A DNA stretch of 64,000 nucleotides from an uncultured delta proteobacterium (GTDB lineage Bacteria > Myxococcota > Myxococcia > Myxococcales > Myxococcaceae). Positions 55,812 through 64,000 of this stretch are shown here, in pieces. The stretch covers positions 96,001 to 160,000 of the forward strand of contig CAVYSY010000002.1 in the NCBI GenBank assembly GCA_963771175.1. The letters are read 5' to 3'. A model generated the notes under the pieces. That model was not told the DNA's origin, did no database searches, and saw nothing but the letters and a program-made list of their open reading frames with translations. Position numbers and translations under genes: made by a program. Within the stretch, counting starts at the first letter, position 1, and each line of letters opens with the position of its first letter.

Positions 55812-56656
55812 TTGTCGCCTCGCTCTCCGTCCTTCGAGCGACCACGGCCGCCCAGGACGATGCCGATGAACCCCAGCGCGACGCCCAGCCCCACGAAGCC
55901 CAGGTAGAAGAAGTCCCGGTCCTTGCGCGGCGGCGTGCCGTCACGCGAGACGTTCGCCAGGTACGCCTTGAGGTCGTACTGCTCCGCGTCCGTCAGCGGC
56001 GCCTTCTCGTAGAGCTCCTTCATCAGGGGGAAGGACATCTCCTTGAGAGCGGGCGTCATCTTCCGCTCGCCCAGCCGCGCGAAGGAGAAGGTCAGGTCGC
56101 GCGCCAGCGTGCCGCCGCCCACCACGCCGATGCCGCGCACGTTGTGGCAGCCGATGCACGCCGGGCCGCCATTGGCCAGTGCCACCTGCCCCTCGAAGAG
56201 CCGCCGGCCGTGCTCGATCTCCTCGGGCGTGGCGTCCAACGCCAGCTTCGGCCCGGTGGCTCCCGGCTGGCAGCTCCCCTTCTCGGTACATTCACGGAAG
56301 TAGGCGAACAGGCCCGCGCGCTCGGCGTCGGAGAGCTGCTGGTCCGGCATCCGGATGCCGTTGAACTTCTGGAGGAGCTCGTTGGCCACCGGATCGCCAC
56401 CGTCGATCATGGCGCCCGGGCTCTTGAGGAACTCGGTGACCCAGGACTCCTCGCGGCGAGTCAGCACGCCCATCAGGTCCGGGCCCACCCGGTCTCCCTG
56501 ACCCACGGTGTGGCAGCTCGCGCACCGCTGGGTGAAGAGCTGCGCCCCCTCGGTCACGCCCTGCGCGGCCGCGGGCAGGCCAACGAGCAGCGCCAGCAAG
56601 GCGGGAACGGCGACCGGTGTTCGCATCCGGCGTCGGCTCGGGACGTGTGTACGCAT
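55808..56656 (-). CDS. Membrane-anchored dihaem cytochrome c (NarC-like)
   Basis: Signal peptide; CASCH..VGPDL and NGGPACIGCH..GGGTLARDLT; C-terminal TM helix; GGAGG RBS. Confidence 0.85.
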   Translation of the reverse strand: MRTHVPSRRRMRTPVAVPALLALLVGLPAAAQGVTEGAQLFTQRCASCHTVGQGDRVGPDLMGVLTRREESWVTEFLKSPGAMIDGGDPVANELLQKFNGIRMPDQQLSDAERAGLFAYFRECTEKGSCQPGATGPKLALDATPEEIEHGRRLFEGQVALANGGPACIGCHNVRGIGVVGGGTLARDLTFSFARLGERKMTPALKEMSFPLMKELYEKAPLTDAEQYDLKAYLANVSRDGTPPRKDRDFFYLGFVGLGVALGFIGIVLGGRGRSKDGERGDK

Positions 56657-56717
56657 CGCGGCGTGCCCCTCCGTGAGACAAGAGCCCGGACACCTCGTCC
56701 GGCGCGCCGCGCCGCAT

Positions 56718-56733
56718 TGCAACCACAGGGCCA
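56718..56733 (-). promoter_or_regulatory. Putative sigma54 promoter of the cytochrome c-narI-like-act operon (TGGCCCTGTGGTTGCA)
   Basis: TGGC-N7-TTGCA with correct GG-N10-GC spacing. Confidence 0.65.
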
Positions 56734-56789
56734 GCAGCCGGGCGGACACGCCCCAGAGGGAACGCGTTCACCCTCGCGAAGTGTCAGCT

Positions 56790-56831
56790 GCGCAGCATTT
56801 GCGCCGCTCCGCCCACCAGCGCGCAGCATTT
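56790..56831. promoter_or_regulatory. Direct repeat GCGCAGCATTT x2, candidate enhancer-binding sites
   Basis: Copies at 56790-56800 and 56821-56831, between two divergent sigma54-like promoters. Confidence 0.5.
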
Positions 56832-56856
56832 ACCGCGCGCTCCCTCGGGACGCAGG

Positions 56857-56872
56857 GGGCGCATCGCTTGCA
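56857..56872 (+). promoter_or_regulatory. Putative sigma54 promoter of the decarboxylase (GGGCGCATCGCTTGCA)
   Basis: GG-N10-GC spacing with TTGCA. Confidence 0.55.
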
Positions 56873-56904
56873 GAGCGCCGGGCCTCACAAGGACCTCCAC
56901 TTTT

Positions 56905-58864
56905 ATGAGCACGCACCCCCGCCCGGACTCTTCTTCGCCCGCATCTTCTAGATCTCGGCGCCCTCTTCCTGGGCCCCAAGGGAGAGAACGCCGACATCTT
57001 CGAGCGCCTGTTGCTCGAGGCCTTCCGCGACCACGTCTTCTGGCGGCGCAACCTCCATCCCGAGGATGGCTTCTTGATTCAAGAAGCGGAGAAGCGCGCA
57101 CCGGGCTACGAGGACTCGCTCTCGGTGCTCTCGCAGGAGCTGATGGGGCTGCTGGGCCAGCTCAAGGGAGGCGTGCCCTTCTTCAGCCCCCGCTACATCG
57201 GGCACATGTGCTCGGACCTCACGATGGCGAGCCTCATCGGCTACTTCGCCACGATGCTCTACAACCCCAACAACGTGTCGGCGGAGGCCTCGCCGGTGAC
57301 GACGCGGTTGGAGCTGGAGGTGGCCGAGCAGCTCGCGCGGATGGTGGGCTACGCGCCGGAGCGGCAGTGGGGGCACCTCACCTCGGGCGGCACGGTGGCC
57401 AACTTCGAGGCCCTCTGGGTCGCGCGCAACGTGAAGTACCTCCCGGTGGCGCTGCGGCACGCCGCGGCGGAGGCGGGCCTGAAGGGGTTGGAGGTGCGGC
57501 TGCCGGATGGACGGGAGACGAACCTGCGCGAGCTGAGCCTGTGGCAGCTCCTCAATGTGGCCCCCGAGGCCGCGCTGGATGCGCTGGACCAATTCCGGGT
57601 CCAGGTGGGGGACGCGGGCCGGGCCCTGGAGCTGGTGACGCGTCACTCGCTGGCGGGGCTGGGCTACCAGGAGTTCGGCCTGCGGCTGGCGTCCGAGTTC
57701 AAGGATGCCCTGCCACCTGGCGTGGTGCTGGTGCCGTCCACGGCGCACTACTCGTGGGAGAAGACGTGCCGGACGCTGGGCATCGGGGCGAGGCAGCTCA
57801 TCCACGTGCCGGTGGACACGCACTTCCGCATGTCGCCCGCGGCGCTGGAGGACACGCTGCGCACGCTGGCGGTGCGTCGGCAGCCGGTCATCGCCTGCGT
57901 GGCCGTGATGGGCTCCACCGAGGAGAGCGCGGTGGACCGGTTGGATCTGCTCGCGGAGCTGCGGGAGCGGCTGGGCCGGGAGCTGGGGCTGGCGTTCCAC
58001 CTGCACGCGGACGCGGCCTGGGGCGGCTACGCGGCCTCCATCACCCGGAGGGCGGACGGCGAGCGCCGCACCTATGAGGAGACGCTCGCGGACTACGCGC
58101 CGGAGGCGTGGCCCACGGAGGGCGTGTACCGCGCCCTGTGCGCGCTGGAGCGGACGGACTCGGTCACCATTGATCCGCACAAGCTGGGCTACATGCCCTA
58201 CCCGGCGGGCAGCATCACGTTCCGGGACAAGCGGGTGCGGGAGTTGGTGTCGGTGGAGGCGCCGTACCTCTTCCACGCGGGCGGGCACGAGAGCGCCTAC
58301 CTGGGCCGCTCCATCTTCGAGGGCTCCAAGCCGGGCGCGGCGGCGGCGGGCGTGTGGATGAGCCACAAGGTCCTGCCCCTGAACGCCAGTGGGTACGGGC
58401 GGCTGGTGGGCGAGACGGCGAAGGGGACCATGGCCTTGCACCGGCGCATCGCCAGTGGGGACTGGGCGCCCTTCAAGGTGGTGTCGCTACCGCCGTCGGA
58501 CCTGAACATCGTCTGCTTCGCGGTGGGGCACCCGTCGCTGGAGACGTTGGAGCGGACCAATGACTTCATGGACCGCATCTACCGGGCGCTGAGCGTGGGC
58601 CCGGACACCCTGAAGCGCCCGGACTACTACGTGACGAAGACGGTGCTGCGCGCGAACGAGTACGGACGCGCGGCCCTGCCCACGGTGGAGGGGCTCGGCT
58701 TCACCCACGCGGACTACGACCGGGCCGGCGGGGTGGCCGTGCTGCGTTGCACGGTGATGGACCCGTTCCTGGCCTCGCGCCGAGGGAAGGTGGACTACAT
58801 CCGCGGCTTCATCCAGACGCTGGGCGAGGTGATGCGAACGGAACTGGAGACCACCCGCCGCTGA
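56905..58864 (+). CDS. Group II PLP-dependent amino acid decarboxylase (tyrosine decarboxylase-like); frameshift near 56950
   Basis: LFLGPKGEN, PRYIGHM, WGHLTSGGTVANFEALW, HYSWEK, HADAAWGGY, TIDPHKLGY, EGSKPGA. Confidence 0.9.
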
Positions 58865-58948
58865 GCGGCTGACAATGGGAGCCGCCCCAGGGGGGCAACA
58901 GGCTGCTGCCCCTCCTCTTCTGGCAACCAGGGACCGCGTTCCCCGCGG

Positions 58949-59344
58949 TCAGAGATAGACGCCGCTCAACAGGCCACGGCCGATGGCGAAGATGCCGCCA
59001 GCGATCAGCAGCAGCGCCCCGCCCACTCCAATGAGGGGCAGCACGTAACCGGGGTTGGGGCTCTTACGGTTCTTCACCAGCAGCACGTGGGCCAGAGCAG
59101 TAGCCAGCACCATCATCACGATGTGCCCGATGAGCGCCGGGTAGTAGCGGCCCATGGCCACGGCGATGATGCCGAGCAGGATCTGCGTGTCGAGCAGGCC
59201 CGCGAAGCTGGAGCCCAGGATGCGGACGGACTTGTCCACCGGCCGCTTCGTGGCGAGCCCGAAGGCGAACCAGGCGACGGCGACGACGCCCACGAGCAGC
59301 ACGAGATAGCGCAGGTACGAATGGATGGAGAGAAGGGTGTTCAT
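58949..59344 (-). CDS. Small 4-TM membrane protein with three His
   Basis: IHSYLRYLVL, DTQILLG, GHIVMM...LAH. Confidence 0.7.
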   Translation of the reverse strand: MNTLLSIHSYLRYLVLLVGVVAVAWFAFGLATKRPVDKSVRILGSSFAGLLDTQILLGIIAVAMGRYYPALIGHIVMMVLATALAHVLLVKNRKSPNPGYVLPLIGVGGALLLIAGGIFAIGRGLLSGVYL

Positions 59345-59387
59345 GGACCCCCTCTCCTAGCGCCCCCCTGGCCGGGAGGCGAGAGCT

Positions 59388-60497
59388 TTACGTCGGATCC
59401 GGCTTCGGGGTGGTGCGCGTGCTCGGCGGGAGCTCGGGAGCCGAGACCAGCCCGTCCCCGGGCAGCTCGCCGGTGAGGCTCTTGAGGAAGGCCACGATGT
59501 CGTCCACCTCGGCGTCGGAGAAGCTCATGCCGAGCTGGTGCTTCGCCATGAGGCGCACGGCCTCGGGCAGCTCCTTGACGGAGCCGTCGTGGAACCAGGG
59601 CCCCGTCTTCTCCACGTTGCGCAGGGTGGGCACGCGGAACTTGTGCAGGTCCTCCTCGTTCTTCGTCACCTCGAAGCGGCCCTTGTCCTCGGTGGGGTAG
59701 TCCTCGATGACGCCCAGCTTCTGGAAGGAGGTACCACCCACCGCCGGCCCGTTGTGGCACGTCGTGCAGCCCGAGGAGGCGAAGAGCTCCAACCCGCGCC
59801 GCTCCTGCTCGGTGAGGGCCGTCTGGTCCCCCGCGAGGAACTTGTCGAAGCGCGAGCTGGTGAGGAGCTTGCGCTCGAAGGCGGCGATGGCGCGCGCGGC
59901 GTTGCCCACGCTGACGGGCTTCTTGTCACTGGGGAAGGCCGCCTTGAACTCGTTCACGTACTGCGGCATGGAGTTGAGCGTGGCCAGGACGAGCTTCTCG
60001 CCCGGCATGGCCATCTCCACCGGGTTCATCATCGGGCCCTAGGCCTGCTCCTCGAGCGTGGCGGCGCGCCCGTCCCAGAACTGGGCCACGTGGCCCGCGG
60101 CGTGGAAGACGGTGGGGGCGTTGCGGCTGCCCTTCTGGCCCTTGTGGCCCTCGGAGGTGGCCTTGCCATCCACGCCGAAGGTCGCCAGGTCATGGCAGCT
60201 GTTGCAGGAGATGTCGTGGTTCTTCGACAGCCGCTTCTCGAAGAAGAGCTTGTGCCCGAGCGTCACCTGCTCCGCGGTGTCCGCCGGCCTGGCGGCAGCC
60301 TTGGCGGCGGCGGGCAGGCGGAAGAAGGAGACGATCTTCTCGTAGCCCATGGTGGGCTTCGGCGGCTCCGGCGCGGCGGCGGGCTCGGGCGCGGCCGGAG
60401 CGGCGGCGGTGGGCGCGGGCGGCGGAGACTCGCGGCTGCAGGAGAAGGTGCCCAGGGACAGCAGTCCGAGACCGAGCAAGAGCCGATTCCGCGTCAT
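59388..60497 (-). pseudogene. ccp: Lipoprotein dihaem cytochrome c peroxidase interrupted by in-frame TAG at 60039-60041
   Basis: Lipobox [50 protein letters not shown]. Confidence 0.85.
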
Positions 60498-61058
60498 CTA
60501 CCAACCTCCCAGGAGGAGCAACGTCACGGACGAGGTCCTACCACCACCGAGCCTCCCTTGTGGAATTGCCCTCCCCTCCGCGGAAAGGGCCAGGGTGAGA
60601 CGCATCTCGACAGGGAGCCCTGCCCCGCCCTGCTGGAAAGCAGGCTCCCGGGCGAGCCCCACCGCTCCGAACCCCGTGGAAGCGGGCGCCTCCCGGTGGA
60701 AGAAGAGCCGGTCGACGGCCCAGGACAGGCCGAGCCCGGTGGCCGTCCCCACCACGTCCCAGGTGAGGTCCTTGAAGGAGAAGAAGCTCCCGCGCCCGGC
60801 GTCGTAGAGTTCCTTCCCAATCCCCGCCCCGAGCGCCACCCCGGCGCCGGTGAGCCAGCGTGTCCCGGGCGCGTCGAAGAGCAGGGCCCCACCGGCATAC
60901 CCCGCGCCGGCCAGGCCCGCGCTGACGCCGAAGTGCAGCGCCTTGTCCTGGGCGAACCAGTCGTCCCGGGAGGCAATCTCGGGCTCCTCGCCCCGGGCGG
61001 AGAGCGGCGCGAGCAAACACAGGCACAGCACGGCCAGGAGGTTTTCACGGGAAGTCAT
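60498..61058 (-). CDS. YfiM/DUF2279-like protein
   Basis: DDWFAQDKALHF, GIGKELYD, FSFKDLTWDVVG. Confidence 0.75.
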   Translation of the reverse strand: MTSRENLLAVLCLCLLAPLSARGEEPEIASRDDWFAQDKALHFGVSAGLAGAGYAGGALLFDAPGTRWLTGAGVALGAGIGKELYDAGRGSFFSFKDLTWDVVGTATGLGLSWAVDRLFFHREAPASTGFGAVGLAREPAFQQGGAGLPVEMRLTLALSAEGRAIPQGRLGGGRTSSVTLLLLGGW

Positions 61059-61179
61059 GAAAAACCATGACAGCACCTCGTGCCCCCCGCGTCACCCACG
61101 GAGGCGCGGGCCCCCCGAGCCGGCCCCCGTCCCGGCAGTTCTTAGACGAGCGGCTCGCCTGCACGTATGCTCGGGACTC

Positions 61180-62295
61180 GTGACCCGACCTGGCACTTCG
61201 CTTTTCGACCTTGGCAGGCCCTCCTCCCGCCATCCCGGACTCGACGGGGCACGAGGATTGGCCGTGGTGGCGATGGTGTTGGGGCACACGCTGGACGCGC
61301 TGCTCGCCCCCGAGGTGCGCGCCTACCCGTGGGTGCAGCGCTACTGGGAGCTGCGCGGCATCACCGCGCCCCTCTTCCTCCTGGTGGCCGGCTTCGCGGT
61401 GGTGGCCGCGCTCGGCACCGCGAAGCAGAGCGCGGGCGAGTCCTTCGGCCGCCGCGCGCGGAGGGCGACGCTGCTGCTCTTCCTCGGCTACCTCATACAC
61501 TGGCCGGGCTGGGACACCGTCCACGCACTCGGCTGGGGCGTGGAGCTGCGCTCGCGCCTCTTCGCCTTCGACGCGCTGCAGAGCATCGCCGTGAGCCTGC
61601 TGGTGGGCGCGGCCGTGCTCGTGCTGGCGCGCGGCACCTGGACGCGGGCCATGGTGCTCGCCCTGCTGGCCGTGGGCATCCCCCTGGCTAGCCCCTGGAT
61701 GTGGAACGCCGCCACGGCCTGGCCCGTGGAGCTGCAGCAGGCGGTGGGCGTACCGGGCTCGCGCTTCCCGCTCTTCCCGTGGGCGGGCTTCTTCTTCGCC
61801 GGGGCGCTCGCGGCCCATCTGATGCGGCTGCTCAGGCCCGGCGGGCCCCAGGGCCTGGCCCTGCTGGCGCTCGGTGGGGGGCTGATGCTGCTCATCCAGC
61901 GGCTGCCCTCGGACTGGAGCCCCACCAGCGCGTGGCTCGTGGCCTTCCGCGTGGGCGAGGGCCTCCTGGTGCTGGGCGTGGTCAATCTGCTGCCCCAGGT
62001 GCTCACCCGGCCGCTGGCGCCGCTGGGCCGCGCCTCCCTGTGGCTCTACGTGCTGCACCTGCCGGTGGTGTACGGCTGGGCCGGTATAGCGGGCCTGGCC
62101 GGGCGCGTGGGCCCCACGCTGGGGCTGCTGCCCGCCCTGGCGATTGGCTTCGGGCTGCTCGCGGTGTGCTTCGCCATCGCCCGCCTGGTGCGGATGGTGC
62201 GCGGGGAGGGCCGCCGCCCCGCGGACGCCCCGGCGTGGCGCGCCCGTCCCGTGCCGATGAACGGGGCCACGCTGCGCTCTGGCCAGCGCATCTGA
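61180..62295 (+). CDS. DUF1624 / heparan-alpha-glucosaminide N-acetyltransferase-like membrane protein
   Basis: LDGARGLAVVAMVLGH, APLFL..AG, DALQSI, FPLFPW, LGRASLWLYVLH. Confidence 0.8.
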   Translation: MTRPGTSLFDLGRPSSRHPGLDGARGLAVVAMVLGHTLDALLAPEVRAYPWVQRYWELRGITAPLFLLVAGFAVVAALGTAKQSAGESFGRRARRATLLLFLGYLIHWPGWDTVHALGWGVELRSRLFAFDALQSIAVSLLVGAAVLVLARGTWTRAMVLALLAVGIPLASPWMWNAATAWPVELQQAVGVPGSRFPLFPWAGFFFAGALAAHLMRLLRPGGPQGLALLALGGGLMLLIQRLPSDWSPTSAWLVAFRVGEGLLVLGVVNLLPQVLTRPLAPLGRASLWLYVLHLPVVYGWAGIAGLAGRVGPTLGLLPALAIGFGLLAVCFAIARLVRMVRGEGRRPADAPAWRARPVPMNGATLRSGQRI

Positions 62296-62374
62296 GAAAC
62301 ATTTTTACTTCAGTCATCCAGGCGGGCTAGATGCGCGGCGCTTACTTTCCTACTGGCAGTTCAAGCGAGGAATC

Positions 62375-62713
62375 ATGAACAAGCTCCGCAAGCTGTCCGT
62401 CGTTGCCCTCCTCTCCATCGGTGCCAGCAGCCTGTCCGGCTGCGCGGGCATCGCCTTCCCCGGTGCGGTCGGCTTCTCCAGCCTCTACGCCAACACCTCC
62501 GGCTACGCGTTCGTGAACGAGCAGACCAAGCTCGGCTCGAAGTCGGGCGAGGGCTGCGTCACGTCCATCCTCGGCATCGTCGCCACCGGTGACGCCGGCG
62601 TGAACGAGACGGCGCGCAAGGCCAACATCAGCCGCGTGACCCACATCGACTACCACTTCGAGAACATCCTCGGCCTGTACGCGAAGTACTGCGCCGTGGT
62701 GTACGGAGAGTAA
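62375..62713 (+). CDS. TRL-like family lipoprotein
   Basis: Lipobox LSGC; KSGEGCVTSILGIVATGDA, ITHIDY-like segment, ILGLY.KYC.VVYGE. Confidence 0.8.
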   Translation: MNKLRKLSVVALLSIGASSLSGCAGIAFPGAVGFSSLYANTSGYAFVNEQTKLGSKSGEGCVTSILGIVATGDAGVNETARKANISRVTHIDYHFENILGLYAKYCAVVYGE

Positions 62714-62725
62714 CTTCACTCCCGG

Positions 62726-62763
62726 TGCCGCGTCCCCGCTCCGTCGAGCCGAGGGACGCGGTG
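62726..62763 (+). terminator. GC-rich hairpin after TRL-like gene
   Basis: CCGCGTCCC / GGGACGCGG inverted repeat; no clean U tract. Confidence 0.3.
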
Positions 62764-62883
62764 CGTCGTCTCTGTTTCCCCCAAACTCTTGGGGCTGCTA
62801 GCTTTCCTGTCTCGGCTTCCGGACTCCCCTACCCAGGCCCGCAACGGGCCCCGGCCGTGAAGCACAGTGAAAGAGCAGACTCC

Positions 62884-63964
62884 ATGCGACTCAAGACCCT
62901 CGTTCGTCCCCTGTTCCTGATCGCCGCCACCGCGGTGACGCCGGTCTTCGCGCAAGCGGCCAAACCGGCCGCTCCCGCCACCCCGGCCACGGCCACCCAG
63001 AAGGCCGTCATCGACCGGGCCATGCTCAACGTGTTCAAGGCGCTCCCGGCCCGCTTCGAGGACCCGAAGAACCCCATCACCCCGGAGAAGGTCGAGCTGG
63101 GGCGCATGCTGTACTTCGAGAACCGCCTCTCGAAGAACCAGGACGTCTCCTGCAACAGCTGCCACGACCTGAACAAGTACGGCGTGGACGGCAAGCCCTT
63201 CTCGCCGGGCCACAAGAAGCAGCTCGGCGGCCGCAACTCGCCCACCGTGTACAACGCCGGTGGCCACACCGTGCAGTTCTGGGACGGCCGCGCGCCCACC
63301 CTCGAGGAGCAGGCCAAGGGCCCCATCCTCAACCCGGTCGAGATGGCCATGCCCAGCGAGGCGAGCGTCATCGAGACGCTCAAGTCCATCCCCGGCTACG
63401 TCACGGCCTTCAAGAAGGCCTTCCCCGGCGAGGCCGACGCGGTGACGTACGACAACGTGGGCAAGGCGATCGGCGCCTTCGAGCGCCAGCTCGTCACCCC
63501 CTCGCGCTTCGACAAGTTCCTGGCCGGCGACGAGAAGGCGCTCACCGACGCGGAGAAGGTCGGCCTGAGCAAGTTCCTCGAGCAGGGCTGCCAGACCTGC
63601 CACAACGGCGCCGCCATGGGCGGCTCGCTGCAGAAGCTCGGCATGGTGGTCTCCCTACCAGTCCAAGGACCAGGGCCGCTTCGACGTCACCAAGAACGAG
63701 GCGGACAGGATGATCTTCCGGGTGCCCACCCTGCGCAACGTGACGAAGACCGCGCCGTACTTCCACGACGGCTCGGTGAAGGACGTGCAGACGGCCGTGA
63801 AGCTCATGGCCCAGCACCAGTTCGGCAAGCAGATCAGCGACGCGGACGTGAAGCACGTCGTCACGTTCCTCGACGCGCTCACCGGCGAGCTGCCCAAGAA
63901 GTACATCGCCAAGCCGAAGCTGCCGGCCAGCGGCCCGAAGACCCCGAAGCCGGATCCGTCGTGA
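62884..63964 (+). CDS. ccp: Dihaem cytochrome c peroxidase, second copy (frameshift near 63650)
   Basis: Signal peptide; [42 protein letters not shown]. Confidence 0.9.
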
Positions 63965-64000
63965 CGTGAAGTCCCGGCCTCCGCGCACCCACAGGTGACG

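Noticed and set aside
36124..57000. FNR boxes (TTGAT-N4-ATCAA) controlling the low-oxygen island
   Set aside because: None found by eye in the intergenic regions; sigma54-like motifs found instead
60039..60041. TAG at a Lys position as pyrrolysine or stop-codon recoding
   Set aside because: TAG is a normal stop elsewhere in the window (226, 7201, 18865, 32963), no pyl genes are seen, and a single substitution explains it
1..64000. CRISPR arrays, tRNA/rRNA genes, transposases
   Set aside because: No regularly spaced repeats, RNA gene signatures or transposase ORFs recognised by eye; small ncRNAs could have been missed

Overview
High-GC myxobacterial DNA (Archangium/Cystobacter-like gene families: DUF2381, RdgC-like pair, fused ccoNO, ACIII) with many single-base frameshifts, concentrated at about 39.4-55 kb, 12.4-17.5 kb and 18.9-23.9 kb. 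The left half is an accessory mosaic. It holds an Ap4A phosphorylase, a Cys-cluster protein, a MAPEG protein, an RdgC-like pair and a DUF2381 module. It also holds an acsA-pdhA-pdhB-ACP operon collapsed into a ~1 kb chimera, a VWA protein, a very large membrane protein, and a three-gene toxin-like locus (SH3 protein; a ~1,650-codon C39-peptidase/WHIX-like protein; a lysozyme-tipped protein). Further right are an internally deleted hemG, a lipoprotein/partner insertion beside a threonine aldolase remnant, and a SWIM-SNF2 helicase. The right half (36-64 kb) is a low-oxygen respiration island: receiver protein, hemerythrin, hemN, cbb3 oxidase with maturation genes, alternative complex III (actABCDEF), a PLP decarboxylase and two cytochrome c peroxidases, with several sigma54-type promoters. 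The most striking observation is that the ACIII operon is headed by a NarC-like dihaem cytochrome c and a NarI-like protein that keeps only the two distal-haem (quinol-site) histidines, with no narGH in the window. All family assignments are by eye from motifs; no database search was run.
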